DNA of 64,000 bases from Armatimonadota bacterium (GCA_016199525.1 JACQGL010000048.1:630-64629); one strand, 5' to 3'; positions 26,741-37,375 are shown, counted from the stretch's first letter. Numbers and translations: made by a program. Notes: generated by a model from the letters alone, not told the origin.

Positions 26741-28537
26741 TCAGAACGGCCAGAGCATCGGGATGAACAGGACGGCGGCCACCCACAAGATCAGATTCAG
26801 CGGCAGCCCCACACGCGTGAAGTCCAGGAAACGATAGCCGCCGGGGCCGTAGACCATCATGTTCGTCTGGTAGCCGATGGGCGTGGCGAAAGCCAGTGAG
26901 GCGGCAAACATGATGCCCACAACAAATGGCCGTGGGCTGACGTGGAGATGCCCGGCAGCGGCAATTGCCAGAGGAAACATCAGCGCCGCGGCGGCGTTGT
27001 TGGTAATCGCCTCGGTGAACACCATGGTAACCAGATAGATGGCGGCGAGCGCGGCGATGGGCCCGAGCGATCCCGTGGCGTGCACCACCAGCCCGGCCAC
27101 CATCTCTGCAGCGCCTGACTTCGCCAGCGCCTTGCCCAGTCCGAAGTCGGCAGCGATACTCACGAGCGTTTGCCAATCGACCACTGCCAGTGCGTCGGAA
27201 GCGGAAATGCAGCGCGTGGCAATCATCAGCACGGCCACCAGGAAGGCCGCCATCACCACGCTTACCACTCCGGAAACCATCAGCCCTACCAGAAGCACCA
27301 GCAGCGCCAGGGCCAGGGGCGCCCGGTCGTGGCGCACGGGACGAGCCTCGTCCAGGCTGCTAACGAGCATAAAGTCGGGGTTATTACGGTGCGCTCTCGC
27401 GAAGTGAACGCCCGTCTGAAGCAGCAGCGTATCTCCGACGTGCAGAACGATGTCACCGATGCGACCGGTGAGGCGGGCGCCGCCGCGATGTACCGCCACG
27501 ACGGCGGCGTTATAGAGGGCGCGGAAATCGGCGTCGCGAATGGTCTTGCCAATCAGGGGCGAGACGGGAGAGATCACGGCCTCACACAGGCGCTGCTGGC
27601 GACGATGGACCACGCGCGTTTCATACGCATCGTCCGCGGCCGGCACCAGCCCGGGGGTCCTCTCCAGGTCAACGATCGAGCTCACGACGCCGGTAAACGT
27701 AAGGCGATCTTCTGTCCGCAGCGTCTCATCGGGGGCTACAGGTGCGATATACTGCCCGTTGCGGGTGATGGCAACCAGGAAGAGTCCTGGTAGATGTCGC
27801 AGGCCAGCCTCGGCCACAGATTGCCCGGCCAGGCGGCAGCCAGGTTGAATGACGACATCGACGAGGTACTCGCGCGCCGACTCCCCCAGCTGCTCAATCA
27901 GATCCTTCCGATCCGGCAGCAGCCTGCGGCCCACGAGCAGGATGTAGGCCGTCCCGAGCGCCGCGCATATCAGGCCGAGCGGCGTGATTTCGAACAACCA
28001 GAAGGGGTCCAGGCGCGGACCATTTTGGGAGGCCCGGGCTTGTAGTACGAGACCATTGACGACCAGGTTCGTGCTCGTGCCAATCAAGGTGCACACTCCG
28101 CCCAGCACGGTAAACTGGGAGAGCGGGATCAGTAGCCGGGATGGGGAGACGCGGTGCTTCCGGCACCAATCCGTCACGACGGGGATCATCATCGCGACAA
28201 TCGGCGTGTTGTTTAGGAACGCCGACAGGAAGGTGACCCGCGTGGCCATGCCCAGGAGCGCGGCGCGTTCCGTTTTCGCCTTGCCCAGCATCCGCCCGCC
28301 GAGGGTGTCCAGCGCTCCCGTCTCGCGGAGCCCCATCACCACGATGAACAATGCCCCTACGGTGAGCACCCCCTCATTGGCGAACCCGCTGAAGGCCTCC
28401 TCCGGCGTGATAATCCCCGCAAGCGCTACCGCGATGGCCCCGGCCAGGAGCACCACATCCGGTGGGCCCCAGTCCCTGACCATGCTCACAAACACCGTCA
28501 GGACGACTGCAAGGGTGAACCAGGCTTCCCAGGCCAT
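26741..28537 (-). CDS. DASS/SLC13-family anion permease with two central TrkA-C domains
   Basis: 598 aa. Two TM bundles flank two RCK_C-like repeats (..VVIQPGCRLAGQSVAEAGLR.. and ..VISPVSPLIGKTIRDADFR..). It lies downstream of sat and cysK, so sulfate uptake is an inference. Confidence 0.8.
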   Translation of the reverse strand: MAWEAWFTLAVVLTVFVSMVRDWGPPDVVLLAGAIAVALAGIITPEEAFSGFANEGVLTVGALFIVVMGLRETGALDTLGGRMLGKAKTERAALLGMATRVTFLSAFLNNTPIVAMMIPVVTDWCRKHRVSPSRLLIPLSQFTVLGGVCTLIGTSTNLVVNGLVLQARASQNGPRLDPFWLFEITPLGLICAALGTAYILLVGRRLLPDRKDLIEQLGESAREYLVDVVIQPGCRLAGQSVAEAGLRHLPGLFLVAITRNGQYIAPVAPDETLRTEDRLTFTGVVSSIVDLERTPGLVPAADDAYETRVVHRRQQRLCEAVISPVSPLIGKTIRDADFRALYNAAVVAVHRGGARLTGRIGDIVLHVGDTLLLQTGVHFARAHRNNPDFMLVSSLDEARPVRHDRAPLALALLVLLVGLMVSGVVSVVMAAFLVAVLMIATRCISASDALAVVDWQTLVSIAADFGLGKALAKSGAAEMVAGLVVHATGSLGPIAALAAIYLVTMVFTEAITNNAAAALMFPLAIAAAGHLHVSPRPFVVGIMFAASLAFATPIGYQTNMMVYGPGGYRFLDFTRVGLPLNLILWVAAVLFIPMLWPF

Positions 28538-28648
28538 CCACTGCTCTTCCTACACTAAAGACTGCGGCATCCCTGCTGGCGGTAACCGTGCCAGGAGTGT
28601 TGCCAATGGCAGCGGGTTGCGTTTAATGGTATGCGGGCAACGCCTCGG

Positions 28649-28666
28649 CCCCGAAAGCTGTCGGGG
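28649..28666. repeat. Palindromic hairpin of the same family (intergenic sat-DASS permease)
   Basis: CCCCGAAAGCTGTCGGGG, about 20 nt after the sat stop. Confidence 0.5.
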
Positions 28667-28686
28667 GACGTCCACCCGGGCAGCAG

Positions 28687-29892
28687 CTATGTCCGATTCC
28701 CATTCCGCATGGCGGCAATGAGCACCGCGGCAACTTCCGGCCGGCTGAACTCTCCGGGCGGAATCTCGCCTCGCCGGAGCATCTCCCGCACGCGCGTTCC
28801 GGAAAGGCTCACGTGCTCGCTGGCGTCGTGGGCGCAGGTCTTGCGGCTTGCCATCCCCGCGCACTTCCGGCAGTAGAAGGTATGCTCGAATTTCAGGGGC
28901 GTGATCCCCAGTCGCTGTGCGTCAAACTTGTCGAAGAATCGTTGCGCATCGTAGGTGCCGTAGTAACTCCCCACCCCCGCGTGATCTCGTCCGACAATGA
29001 AATGGCTGCAGCCATAGTTCTTGCGGACGATGGCGTGGAAGATTGCTTCCGCAGGGCCGGCGTAGCGCATCGCCGCCGGGTTGACGGAGAGCACCACCCG
29101 ATTGCTCGGGTAGTAGTTCTCGAGGAGCACCTCGTAGCAGCGCATGCGCACGTCCGCCGGAATGTCGTCCCCCTTGGTAGCCCCCACAAGCGGATGGAGC
29201 AGCAGGCCGTCACAGATCTCCAGCGCGCACTTCTGGATGTACTCGTGGGCGCGATGGACGGGATTGCGGGTCTGGAAGCCTACCACTGTGCGCCAACCAC
29301 GCCGCGCGAACTCCGCCCGCGTCTGCGCCGGGGTCAGGCGGTAATCCAGAAAGTCCGCGTGGGGCGGTAGCCGCAGGCCGGTAATCTCGCCCGCGAGGGC
29401 GACCTCCCCCTGCTCGTACACGGCGGCCACACCCGGGTGAGCGGCATCGGCGGTGCGGTATACCACCCGCGCTTCTTCCTCTTTGGAATAAGGATACTTC
29501 TCCTGCAGGTGGAGAATAGCGAGCGGCGTGCGGCCATCTTCGTGGAGCAGTACCACATCCTGGCCTTCGGTCAGGTCATCCGCACCTTCTCGCGGCGCCA
29601 GAGTGATCGGGACCGTCCACGGCAGCCCATCCGGCAGATGGTAAGTCTCCAGGACCGAGCGGTAAGCGGTGTGGCCCATGAACCCGGTCAACGGGCTCAA
29701 CGCCCCCATCATCAACATTTCCACGTCGGAGACTTCGCGGTTGGTCAGAATGATACGGGGCAGAGTCGCCGCCCGCGCTTCCCATTCCCGCGCCGCCTCC
29801 GGCGCAGCCACACGTTGGACCAGCGTGCCCCCGTGGGGGGCAATCAGGTGTGATTCCACAGCCTTCCTACCTCGTCGCACTGCGGCCCACAA
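28687..29892 (-). CDS. sat: Sulfate adenylyltransferase (ATP sulfurylase)
   Basis: [32 protein letters not shown]. No APS-kinase domain. The listed start is TTG; GTG 29859 is an alternative. Confidence 0.9.
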   Translation of the reverse strand: MWAAVRRGRKAVESHLIAPHGGTLVQRVAAPEAAREWEARAATLPRIILTNREVSDVEMLMMGALSPLTGFMGHTAYRSVLETYHLPDGLPWTVPITLAPREGADDLTEGQDVVLLHEDGRTPLAILHLQEKYPYSKEEEARVVYRTADAAHPGVAAVYEQGEVALAGEITGLRLPPHADFLDYRLTPAQTRAEFARRGWRTVVGFQTRNPVHRAHEYIQKCALEICDGLLLHPLVGATKGDDIPADVRMRCYEVLLENYYPSNRVVLSVNPAAMRYAGPAEAIFHAIVRKNYGCSHFIVGRDHAGVGSYYGTYDAQRFFDKFDAQRLGITPLKFEHTFYCRKCAGMASRKTCAHDASEHVSLSGTRVREMLRRGEIPPGEFSRPEVAAVLIAAMRNGNRT

Positions 29893-30198
29893 TGGACCCG
29901 AGACCGTTCCAGATCGTCAGCGTTCTGGTATCCAGGCGCGAGAGAGGGGGGGGACGGAGTATGGGTGGGCAAGTGCGTGGGCGCAGCCGGGCCTGAAGGC
30001 CGGAACACCCACCCCCGAGCACCCGACGCCCAATGCCCTCCCCAACACGGCACGCAGTGCCCAGAGGGCACCCCGGAACGCGGAACCAGCCGGTCGTCCC
30101 CAATACCGCAATCCGCAGGCCCAGTGCTCCGCGTGCCATTGCCTGCCGTGCCCCTATCACGGCGCTGTTATGTTATCGACCTCAACGCGTAACGCCCA

Positions 30199-31128
30199 CT
30201 ATGGCAGCTCGGCAAACGTCGGCGTCGACAGGTACCGCTCGCCCGTGCTGGGAAGGACAACCACTACCAGCTTGCCTTTGAACTCGGGCCGCCGGGCCAC
30301 CTGCGTCGCCGCCCACACCGCCGCGCCCGACGAGATACCGGCCAGGATGCCCTCTTCTCGCGCCAGCCGGCGAGTCATCTGGATGGCGTCCTCATTCGTC
30401 ACGGTAATGATCTCATCCAGCAGGTCGGTCCGCAGCACGTCGGGGATGAAACCCGCACCAATGCCCTGAATCGGGTGCGGGCCCCTGGGCTTTCCGGAGA
30501 GGACAGCAGATGCGATGGGCTCAACGGCGATGGCGCGGAAGGAGGGCTTCCGCGGTTTGATCAACTCCGCGACGCCCGTAACCGTCCCGCCAGTGCCCAC
30601 GCCCGACACCAGGGCGTCAATCTGACCGTCAGTATCTCGCCAGAGTTCCTCTGCCGTGGTCAGACGGTGGATTTCCGGGTTTGCGGGGTTCTTGAACTGC
30701 TGCGGGATGAAGTAGCGAGGATCCTGGGCGGCGATCTCCTCGGCGCGCCGTACCGCGCCCACCATCCCCTCTGCGGCGGGGGTCAGGATAAGCTCCGCGC
30801 CCAGCGCCTTGAGCAGCACCTGCCGCTCGCGGCTCATCGTTTCAGGCATGGTCAGGACGCACCGGTAGCCCTTGGAGGCGCAGACGAACGCCAGGGCGAT
30901 ACCGGTGTTGCCACTGGTCGGCTCGAGGATGATGGTATCGGGACCAATCTTCCCCGCCCGCTCCGCAGCGGCGATCATTGAGTCGCCAATGCGGTCCTTC
31001 ACGCTCCCCAACGGGTTGAAGAACTCGCACTTGGCCACTACATCCGCCACGCAGCCCTCCGCGACGCGGTGCAGGCGGACGAGCGGCGTGTTGCCGATGG
31101 TATCGATAATGGAGTCGTGTATCTTCAT
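30199..31128 (-). CDS. cysK: Cysteine synthase (O-acetylserine sulfhydrylase)
   Basis: 309 aa from ATG 31128: [30 protein letters not shown] (PLP lysine motif), ..GTGGTVTG... The upstream 164 aa of the track ORF overlap rrf2 in another frame and were rejected. Confidence 0.9.
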   Translation of the reverse strand: MKIHDSIIDTIGNTPLVRLHRVAEGCVADVVAKCEFFNPLGSVKDRIGDSMIAAAERAGKIGPDTIILEPTSGNTGIALAFVCASKGYRCVLTMPETMSRERQVLLKALGAELILTPAAEGMVGAVRRAEEIAAQDPRYFIPQQFKNPANPEIHRLTTAEELWRDTDGQIDALVSGVGTGGTVTGVAELIKPRKPSFRAIAVEPIASAVLSGKPRGPHPIQGIGAGFIPDVLRTDLLDEIITVTNEDAIQMTRRLAREEGILAGISSGAAVWAATQVARRPEFKGKLVVVVLPSTGERYLSTPTFAELP

Positions 31129-31162
31129 GGTCGTACCGGTGAGTGAGTGACGGCGGCTGCCG

Positions 31163-31609
31163 TCAGATGCCAAGGGCCAGGCTTTGAGCCTCATCCAGGT
31201 GGCGGCGGCGTTCTTCCAGGTCGGCCAGTGTGGTCCCTTCCAGAATGGTACGCACCGGAGCCTCAAGTCGCGCACGCAAATCCCGCACCACCCAGGCCAC
31301 GCTGCCCTCCTCAGGAGCGGGGACATCGGGGCCCGGTCCAAGCAGGTCCTCATCGTGGAAGATGCGCACCACGTCGCCAACAGTAATCTGGCTGGGCGAC
31401 CGCCCGAGATGGTAGCCCCCCGCCGCTCCCCGAACGCTCCGCACCAGGCCCCGCTGCCGCAACCGCACCAGCAGCTGGGTGAGATAGGCCTCGGGAATGT
31501 CCTGCCGAGCGGCGATATCGCGACTCTGTGCGGATTGTCCCTCGGGCCGCTGGCAGAGGTCCAGAAGGGTGCGCAGGGCGTAATCGACTTTCCAGGAGTA
31601 AAGAGGCAT
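31163..31609 (-). CDS. Rrf2-family transcriptional regulator without a Cys cluster (CymR-like)
   Basis: 148 aa. [58 protein letters not shown]. It ends 34 nt upstream of cysK. Confidence 0.85.
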   Translation of the reverse strand: MPLYSWKVDYALRTLLDLCQRPEGQSAQSRDIAARQDIPEAYLTQLLVRLRQRGLVRSVRGAAGGYHLGRSPSQITVGDVVRIFHDEDLLGPGPDVPAPEEGSVAWVVRDLRARLEAPVRTILEGTTLADLEERRRHLDEAQSLALGI

Positions 31610-31639
31610 CCAATAAGCACGTAGCGGCGAAAAGCTTAC

Positions 31640-31660
31640 TTAATTGACCAGATCAGTTAA
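31640..31660. promoter_or_regulatory. AT-rich imperfect palindrome, candidate Rrf2 operator/promoter region
   Basis: TTAATTGACCAGATCAGTTAA (half-sites TTAAnTGAnC). It lies 30-50 nt upstream of the rrf2 start, inside a locally AT-rich stretch that is unusual for this genome. Confidence 0.3.
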
Positions 31661-31880
31661 ATATTATCCCGACTGCGACAGCCCGTCAAGCCCGGCGCGC
31701 TGGGGGACCGCCATTCTGGCGGCTGCACAGGGGCTGGATACCCGCGCTTTCCAGGCTGGCGTCCGCTCTCCCGAAGATCGGCGCGATAGGCGCGCGGGGG
31801 AAGGAGGCCCCATGGCGGTGGCCGAACAGAAATTCGGTGTGCGGCCCGTCCACCGGGGAAGACGCGCCGCAGGAGGCATT

Positions 31881-32864
31881 ATGCTCGAGAAAGTGCGACT
31901 GGGGTTCGTGGGTACGGGCGGCATTGCCAACCACCACCTGAAGCAATTGAAGGAGATCCCCGAGACGGAGATCGTCGCCCTCTGCGATGTAGTCGCTGAA
32001 CGAGCGCAGGCGCGCGCTCAGGAGTTTGGCGGGCGCGCCTTTGTGGATTATCGGCGCATGCTGGACGAGGTGGAGATAGACGCGCTTTATGTCTGTGTTC
32101 CCCCGCCCGCTCACGATGACATCGAACTGCGCGCTGCCGCGCGCGGCATCCATCTGTTCGTGGAGAAGCCGGTCACCCTCTCGCTGGCGCAGGCGCTGGA
32201 GATCCGCGCCGCCGTGCGGGAGGCGGGGATTCTCACCTGCACGGGCTACGTCCTTCGCCATCTGCCCAGTACTCAGGCCGCACTCCGTTACCTGAAGGGT
32301 AAGACGGTGGCCATGGCCGTGGCAAGCCGCTGGGGCGGTCTGCCGGCAATGCCCTGGTGGCGGGTAATGGCGCAGTCCGGCGGCCAGCTGGTGGAGATGA
32401 CCACGCATCAGGTAGACCTGATGCGCTACCTGGTTGGGGAGATCGTGGAAGTCCACGCGCGCTATGCCCACCGCACCCTGGCGCACACTCCCACGGTGAC
32501 CGTCCCCGATGTGCAGATTGCCACCTTCCAGTTCGCCAATGGGGCTATCGGCTCCGTCACCACCAGCTGCGCCCTCACCCAGGGAGGCGGGAAGTGCGAT
32601 CTGGATTTCATCCTTCAGAACGCGCTGCTCCACTACACCACCCGCGAGCTGCGTGTGACCCCCGAGGGAGCCCCGCAGCCCGAAAGCGTGGGTGACACCC
32701 TCTCCATCAACCAGGCGTTCATCCGCGCCGTCGCCACCGGAGACCGGAGCCCGATTCTGTGCGATTACGACGAGGGGGTGCGCACCCTGGACGTGACGCT
32801 CACCGCTAATCGCTCGGCGGAGACCGGGCGCCCGGGAAAGACGTATTTCAGCGAGCACGAGTAG
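31881..32864 (+). CDS. Gfo/Idh/MocA-family NAD(P)-dependent oxidoreductase
   Basis: Start ATG 31881 (AGGAGG 5 nt upstream): MLEKVRLGFVGTGGIANHHL..CDVV..EKPV.. Confidence 0.85.
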   Translation: MLEKVRLGFVGTGGIANHHLKQLKEIPETEIVALCDVVAERAQARAQEFGGRAFVDYRRMLDEVEIDALYVCVPPPAHDDIELRAAARGIHLFVEKPVTLSLAQALEIRAAVREAGILTCTGYVLRHLPSTQAALRYLKGKTVAMAVASRWGGLPAMPWWRVMAQSGGQLVEMTTHQVDLMRYLVGEIVEVHARYAHRTLAHTPTVTVPDVQIATFQFANGAIGSVTTSCALTQGGGKCDLDFILQNALLHYTTRELRVTPEGAPQPESVGDTLSINQAFIRAVATGDRSPILCDYDEGVRTLDVTLTANRSAETGRPGKTYFSEHE

Positions 32865-32917
32865 CTTCCGAAGGATCCACAGGTCGCTTTGCGACCCGGC
32901 AGGGCTGAACGCTGCGG

Positions 32918-34513
32918 CTACGGCGCTCCCCATCCCCCGCCGCCGGGTGTTTCCACACGGAGACGATCTCCAGCCGCCAGAGCCAGGGTTTCCTTGGCCC
33001 GCCCAGGCCGCCAGCGGCGGCTCCGTTTCACTCCCTGCCGCCCGGGCGCGCCGGGCGCGCCGCCCTGGAGCCCATACGGGCCGCGGGCACGGCGCTCCGA
33101 AAGGAAGGTCACCGTGGCCTCCTCCAGCACTTCCAGCTCGCGAATCAGGCCGTCTCCGCCCCGCCGACGCCCCGTCCCGCCGGACCCATCCCGGATCGCG
33201 TAGCGCCACAGGCGGAGCGGGTAGTGGTACTCCAGCGCCTCGGCAGGGGTGTTGCGCGTGTTGCTCATATGGCAGTGGATGCCACTTGCCCCGTCCGCGG
33301 TGGCGGAGGCCCCCGCGCCGCCGCCGACCGTCTCGTAATAGGCCCAGGGCCGCCCCGCAGTCCCGAGTAACGGGGATCCGCCCAGGGCGAGGTTGTTCAT
33401 GGTCCCCTGGCTGGCGGCGGGCACGCGCTCCGGAAGCGCCTGCGCAAGCGCCCCGTAAACGGTGTCCACGATCCGCTGAGACGTTTCCACGTTCCCCGCG
33501 GCCACCGCCGCGGGCGGCAGCGCGTGCACCAGCGAACCTGGCGGTGCCTCCACCTGGATGGGCGCAACACACCCCTGATTGAGCGGTGGGACGCCCTCCG
33601 GTCCCTGGGACAGCAGGCTGATGACCACGTAATAGACGGCGCTGTGGGTGACTGCCAGCGTGGCGTTTACCGATCCTCGCTGCTGGGGAGCAGTCCCCGT
33701 GAAGTCGAAGAGGATTCGATCCCCGTGAACACGCACCGTCACCCGTATCGGCAGCCACCCGCTACCGTGGCCGTCATCATCCAGGGCATCCTCGAACCAG
33801 TACTCGCCTGGCGGGATCTCGTGTAACAGGGCGCGAACGGCGCGTTCGGAGACGGCGCGCGCCTCTGCCACGCGCCTTTTCACCTCCGCTGCGCCGTAGC
33901 GGCGCAGGATTTCCTGGAAGCGGCGAACGCCCGTTTCGTTGGCCGCCATCTGGGCTAGCAGATCCCCACGGCGCTCCCGCGGCGTGCGCACGTTGCGGCA
34001 AAAGAGCGCTATGAGGTCCTCGTTTATGCGGCCCTCCGCGACCAGGCGCAGCGGCGGCACGATCACCCCCTCCTGGTAGATCTCCGTGGTGCTGGCCATG
34101 GAGCCCGGGGATACACCTCCGATATCTGCGTGGTGGGCGCGGTTGGCAACAAAGCCGCACCGGCGGCCACTTTCCGGATCGAATACTGCTGTGATGAGGC
34201 TCAGGTCGGGAAGGTGGGTTCCTCCGGCAAACGGGTCATTACACGCCACCACATCGCCCGGGCGCCAGTCGAAGCAGGGAACCACGGTGGCCATCATCTG
34301 GGGGAAGGCGCCCAGATGCACCGGGATGTGCGCCGCCTGGGCCACCAGCGCCCCGGAGGCATCGAAGAGGGCGCACGAGTAGTCGCGGCGCTCCTTGATG
34401 TTGGGGGAATAGGCAGTCCGCTCAAGCGCGACCCCCATCTCCTCGGCGACGGAGGCGAACAAGTGGCGGAATACTTCTACCGCTACCGGATCAACGGGCA
34501 GATCGCAGGGCAT
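32918..34513 (-). CDS. Hydantoinase B/oxoprolinase-family protein (HyuB-like)
   Basis: Start ATG 34513: MPCDLPVDPVAVEVFRHLFASVAEEMGVALERTAYSPNIKERRDYSCALFD... No HyuA partner is adjacent. Confidence 0.85.
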   Translation of the reverse strand: MPCDLPVDPVAVEVFRHLFASVAEEMGVALERTAYSPNIKERRDYSCALFDASGALVAQAAHIPVHLGAFPQMMATVVPCFDWRPGDVVACNDPFAGGTHLPDLSLITAVFDPESGRRCGFVANRAHHADIGGVSPGSMASTTEIYQEGVIVPPLRLVAEGRINEDLIALFCRNVRTPRERRGDLLAQMAANETGVRRFQEILRRYGAAEVKRRVAEARAVSERAVRALLHEIPPGEYWFEDALDDDGHGSGWLPIRVTVRVHGDRILFDFTGTAPQQRGSVNATLAVTHSAVYYVVISLLSQGPEGVPPLNQGCVAPIQVEAPPGSLVHALPPAAVAAGNVETSQRIVDTVYGALAQALPERVPAASQGTMNNLALGGSPLLGTAGRPWAYYETVGGGAGASATADGASGIHCHMSNTRNTPAEALEYHYPLRLWRYAIRDGSGGTGRRRGGDGLIRELEVLEEATVTFLSERRARGPYGLQGGAPGAPGRQGVKRSRRWRPGRAKETLALAAGDRLRVETPGGGGWGAP

Positions 34514-34616
34514 CACCGTGTTGTATCGTACACCACAGACACGCAGGCCGCCGTGGGAGTCCCGCGCACCGCTGGGGACTCCCACGGCGGCCTGCACGGC
34601 CTGAATGGGTGCGAAG

Positions 34617-35447
34617 TTAATCCACGATGGCGGACCCGAGGCCGGTCAGGAATAGAGCAACGCCCAGCCAGGGAGGGACCTTCAGCCCACCACGATGGCG
34701 TTTGGCAGGCGGCGGCGTCCCCACCGATACCCCTGCGGGCGGAGGTTGGACGCCCATCTCCGCGTGTACCTGCCGCGCCACGTCCGCCGCTGCCCGCTCC
34801 ATCACCTCCACAGGCGTCTGGCCTGTAGTCGGCGTCGCTTTCCCGGTCACGGCAATCTGGTAGATCGGGTTGCCGGTCTCGGACGCCAGTAGCTGCACCG
34901 TGGCGGTGATGCTCGTGCTACTGTCTTGCGGATTGACCTGCACTTCGTCAATACTCACCAGCAGAACCGATTGGATACCGAGACGCGTGGCGATGGTGCG
35001 CGCCTGGTTCACGTCGATTTCCCCGGTAGATGGGTCCTTCAGCTCATCGAGTTCCTCCTCGGTCAGGATACGGGACTGGAGGGCGCGCCTGACCAGCGAG
35101 GACTGTCGGGAGTAGGTGACCACCGTGAACCGGTTGGAGAAAACGATGCCAGACTTCACCTCGCGGAGGAGGTAATCCGCTAGATCCTGCCCGTCCGTCT
35201 TGGCGGCGTTGACCGCGGGGAAGACAAGCACACTAATCGGTTCCCCAGAGCGGATCGGGGGCGGCGGCTGGAAGGATCGTTGGACAGGCGCCTCCGCTTC
35301 AGCTTCGGTACCCGGAGGGGGAACGCCGCTATCGCCGCGGACGGGCTGCTCAGGTTGGGGTTCAGCCTGCGCCTGCACAGGTGCGCCGCCGGCAAGGACG
35401 GCAAGGACGGCCAGAACGACTATCCACGCGTTTCGCATCGTCTGCAT
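34617..35447 (-). CDS. Secreted protein with an LpoB/CsgG-like alpha/beta domain and a C-terminal TM helix
   Basis: Signal peptide MQTMRNAWIVVLAVLAVLAGGAPVQAQA. The core ISVLVFPAVNAAK..LADYLLREVKSGIVFSNRFTVV..ATRLGIQSVLLVSI follows the CsgG/LpoB-type pattern. C-terminal anchor WLGVALFLTGLGSAIV. Confidence 0.6.
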   Translation of the reverse strand: MQTMRNAWIVVLAVLAVLAGGAPVQAQAEPQPEQPVRGDSGVPPPGTEAEAEAPVQRSFQPPPPIRSGEPISVLVFPAVNAAKTDGQDLADYLLREVKSGIVFSNRFTVVTYSRQSSLVRRALQSRILTEEELDELKDPSTGEIDVNQARTIATRLGIQSVLLVSIDEVQVNPQDSSTSITATVQLLASETGNPIYQIAVTGKATPTTGQTPVEVMERAAADVARQVHAEMGVQPPPAGVSVGTPPPAKRHRGGLKVPPWLGVALFLTGLGSAIVD

Positions 35448-35488
35448 TCTGCTCCTCCTGATCCGGCCCGCATTCCGGGCAGGTCAGC

Positions 35489-37375
35489 TTATTGTGGACG
35501 GAAGGTAACACCCGGCCCGGTCGGCGGCGGCCAGAGAATGAACAGGTCGAAATTGACGAAGAACCAGAGACCATCCCCAGGCTGAAGCCGGGCTGTCCGG
35601 GAGAGCCGTATGTAGCCCAGTCCGGGCTGGTTCGGGTCGAAACGCCAGATACTGGATCGGATCCATCCGACGCGCAGCGCCGTGTCGAAATCGACCATCT
35701 GCCCGGTGCTCTGCCGGACAACTTTCAGATCCTGGAGGTTTACGGGCCAGGGGCTCGCATTGCCCATCTGGTTCCAGCCGGGGCTTGCGCTTGTAGAGAA
35801 CACCTCGCCTGGGGGAATGTCCACTGGCGTGGCATCCTGAAGTTCCACCACACGCCCCGTGGCGCCCAGCAACCGCACCCAGAAGCTCTCCCCGGGCCGC
35901 ACATGCTCGAGCTCGCGATACATCAGGCCCTCTGGGTCCCAGCGAACGGCCTGGAAGCTGTCGGCATCCAGGCCGAGCGCCACTTCCGGAGTGTCATCTA
36001 CGAACGAATAGGGGATGGTAATCATCCGATACACGTTCTGCAGGAAAACACGGTCCTCGTGAGGGATGACCACGTTCCGATTAACCTGCACCGGCCCTGG
36101 GCTGAGGATCACACTCACTTGCTGATCGCCGTAGGCGACCCCGGTGGGTCTAAGCAGCCAGTCCGTCGTTCGCTCGAAGACCCCCTGGCCAGCAGGATCC
36201 AGGTCCCCCAGGGGCACGAGCAATTCCTGGGGCTCCGGCAACTCAACGAGCTCCAATATAGGCACCGGGGGTAAGGGAGCCACCCGCGGCAGCTGTGGCA
36301 GCTCGAGCATCGCCTCTACGTCCTGGATAGAAAGATCCGACCGCAGGTTGGTTGCCCAGGTATCCAACCGGAACCCGTCCGGCGTCGCCCGCCCATCAGT
36401 GAGCGGCAGCACCGAGAGCGCCTGCACCGAGCCGAGGATGTCCGTGCTCCGGCTATGGTCCGCTACGCCCGCCCCCAGGTAGGTTACGAATGTGCGCCTT
36501 TGTCCGCTGAGGAAATTGCGGGGAAGCCAGTAAAGGCCCACCGAGCCATTGCCTCCCGCCGCCTCCGGCAGGAGCAAGCTCTGCCCCGGGTTGGGTGTGA
36601 AGTCCCAATCGGGCAACGGCCCTACCCCAGTGCCGGTACCGCCGATGAGCGGGGTATAGCCACCGAACACCAGGCGATCCGGCGGCGTTGTATCCAGCCC
36701 GCGCAAGACATTCTGGACGAACGAGTACGGGCTCGGATCTGGAAAGAAGGCAAACCACTGGTCCGGGATAAACCCGCGCGTGAACTCACGCTCGCGGGAG
36801 ATGAGCCCCACCTCCGGCACCAGGAACGGGTTGGTTACCAGATTGTTACTGTCGGCGGCAGGATCGAACGCCACTCGCAGGCCGATCACGCGCCGTGCAC
36901 CCTGGTTAAGAACCTGGTACTCCAGCCGAACCAGGTCCCGCACCAGAGTCAACCTCTGGATGACGAGGATATTGATCCCCTCTGAATTCTCAGTATCCTC
37001 AGGGAAGCGCCAGCTGGAAACGACAGACTGGCCATCGGGGGTGACGGTCGGTGGAAGGACAACGGTGCCCCCACTCCCTCCGAAGATACCCGTACTCGCC
37101 CCCCCCTCCTCTGCGATAGACTCCACCCAGAGCGTGACCTTGTTAGCGGTGAAGTCCGCCCGAGTAATCAAGAGGGAGTCATCCCGCGTTTCCAGCGGAT
37201 CGCCTTCCACCCGGACAATCTGCCAGCGGTGATCGCTATCTTGCACGGTGGCTTTGATGTAGCCGTTCTGAATCACCTTGGTCTGGGCGGACGCCGGGTA
37301 GGCGGCCAGACAGCCCCAGGCAACCGCGATCCAGAGAGCCGCCCGCCAGGTGCGGCCGGAGCCGGTGCGTCTCAT
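35489..37375 (-). CDS. Large secreted hypothetical protein (628 aa)
   Basis: Start re-set to ATG 37375: MRRTGSGRTWRAALWIAVAWGCLAAYPASAQ signal peptide. The mature part looks beta-rich. No family recognised. Confidence 0.65.
   Translation of the reverse strand: MRRTGSGRTWRAALWIAVAWGCLAAYPASAQTKVIQNGYIKATVQDSDHRWQIVRVEGDPLETRDDSLLITRADFTANKVTLWVESIAEEGGASTGIFGGSGGTVVLPPTVTPDGQSVVSSWRFPEDTENSEGINILVIQRLTLVRDLVRLEYQVLNQGARRVIGLRVAFDPAADSNNLVTNPFLVPEVGLISREREFTRGFIPDQWFAFFPDPSPYSFVQNVLRGLDTTPPDRLVFGGYTPLIGGTGTGVGPLPDWDFTPNPGQSLLLPEAAGGNGSVGLYWLPRNFLSGQRRTFVTYLGAGVADHSRSTDILGSVQALSVLPLTDGRATPDGFRLDTWATNLRSDLSIQDVEAMLELPQLPRVAPLPPVPILELVELPEPQELLVPLGDLDPAGQGVFERTTDWLLRPTGVAYGDQQVSVILSPGPVQVNRNVVIPHEDRVFLQNVYRMITIPYSFVDDTPEVALGLDADSFQAVRWDPEGLMYRELEHVRPGESFWVRLLGATGRVVELQDATPVDIPPGEVFSTSASPGWNQMGNASPWPVNLQDLKVVRQSTGQMVDFDTALRVGWIRSSIWRFDPNQPGLGYIRLSRTARLQPGDGLWFFVNFDLFILWPPPTGPGVTFRPQ

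Noticed and set aside
31129-31620. 164-aa N-terminal extension of the cysK ORF (track ORF 30199-31620)
   Set aside because: It overlaps the well-supported Rrf2 gene in another frame. The canonical CysK N-terminus ([19 protein letters not shown]) begins at 31128.
31686-33758. 690-aa ORF on the minus strand, one of the longest in the track
   Set aside because: It is antisense to the Gfo/Idh/MocA gene and out of frame with the HyuB gene. Its composition is Arg/Gly/Ala/Pro-dominated with no motifs, typical of off-frame ORFs in high-GC DNA.
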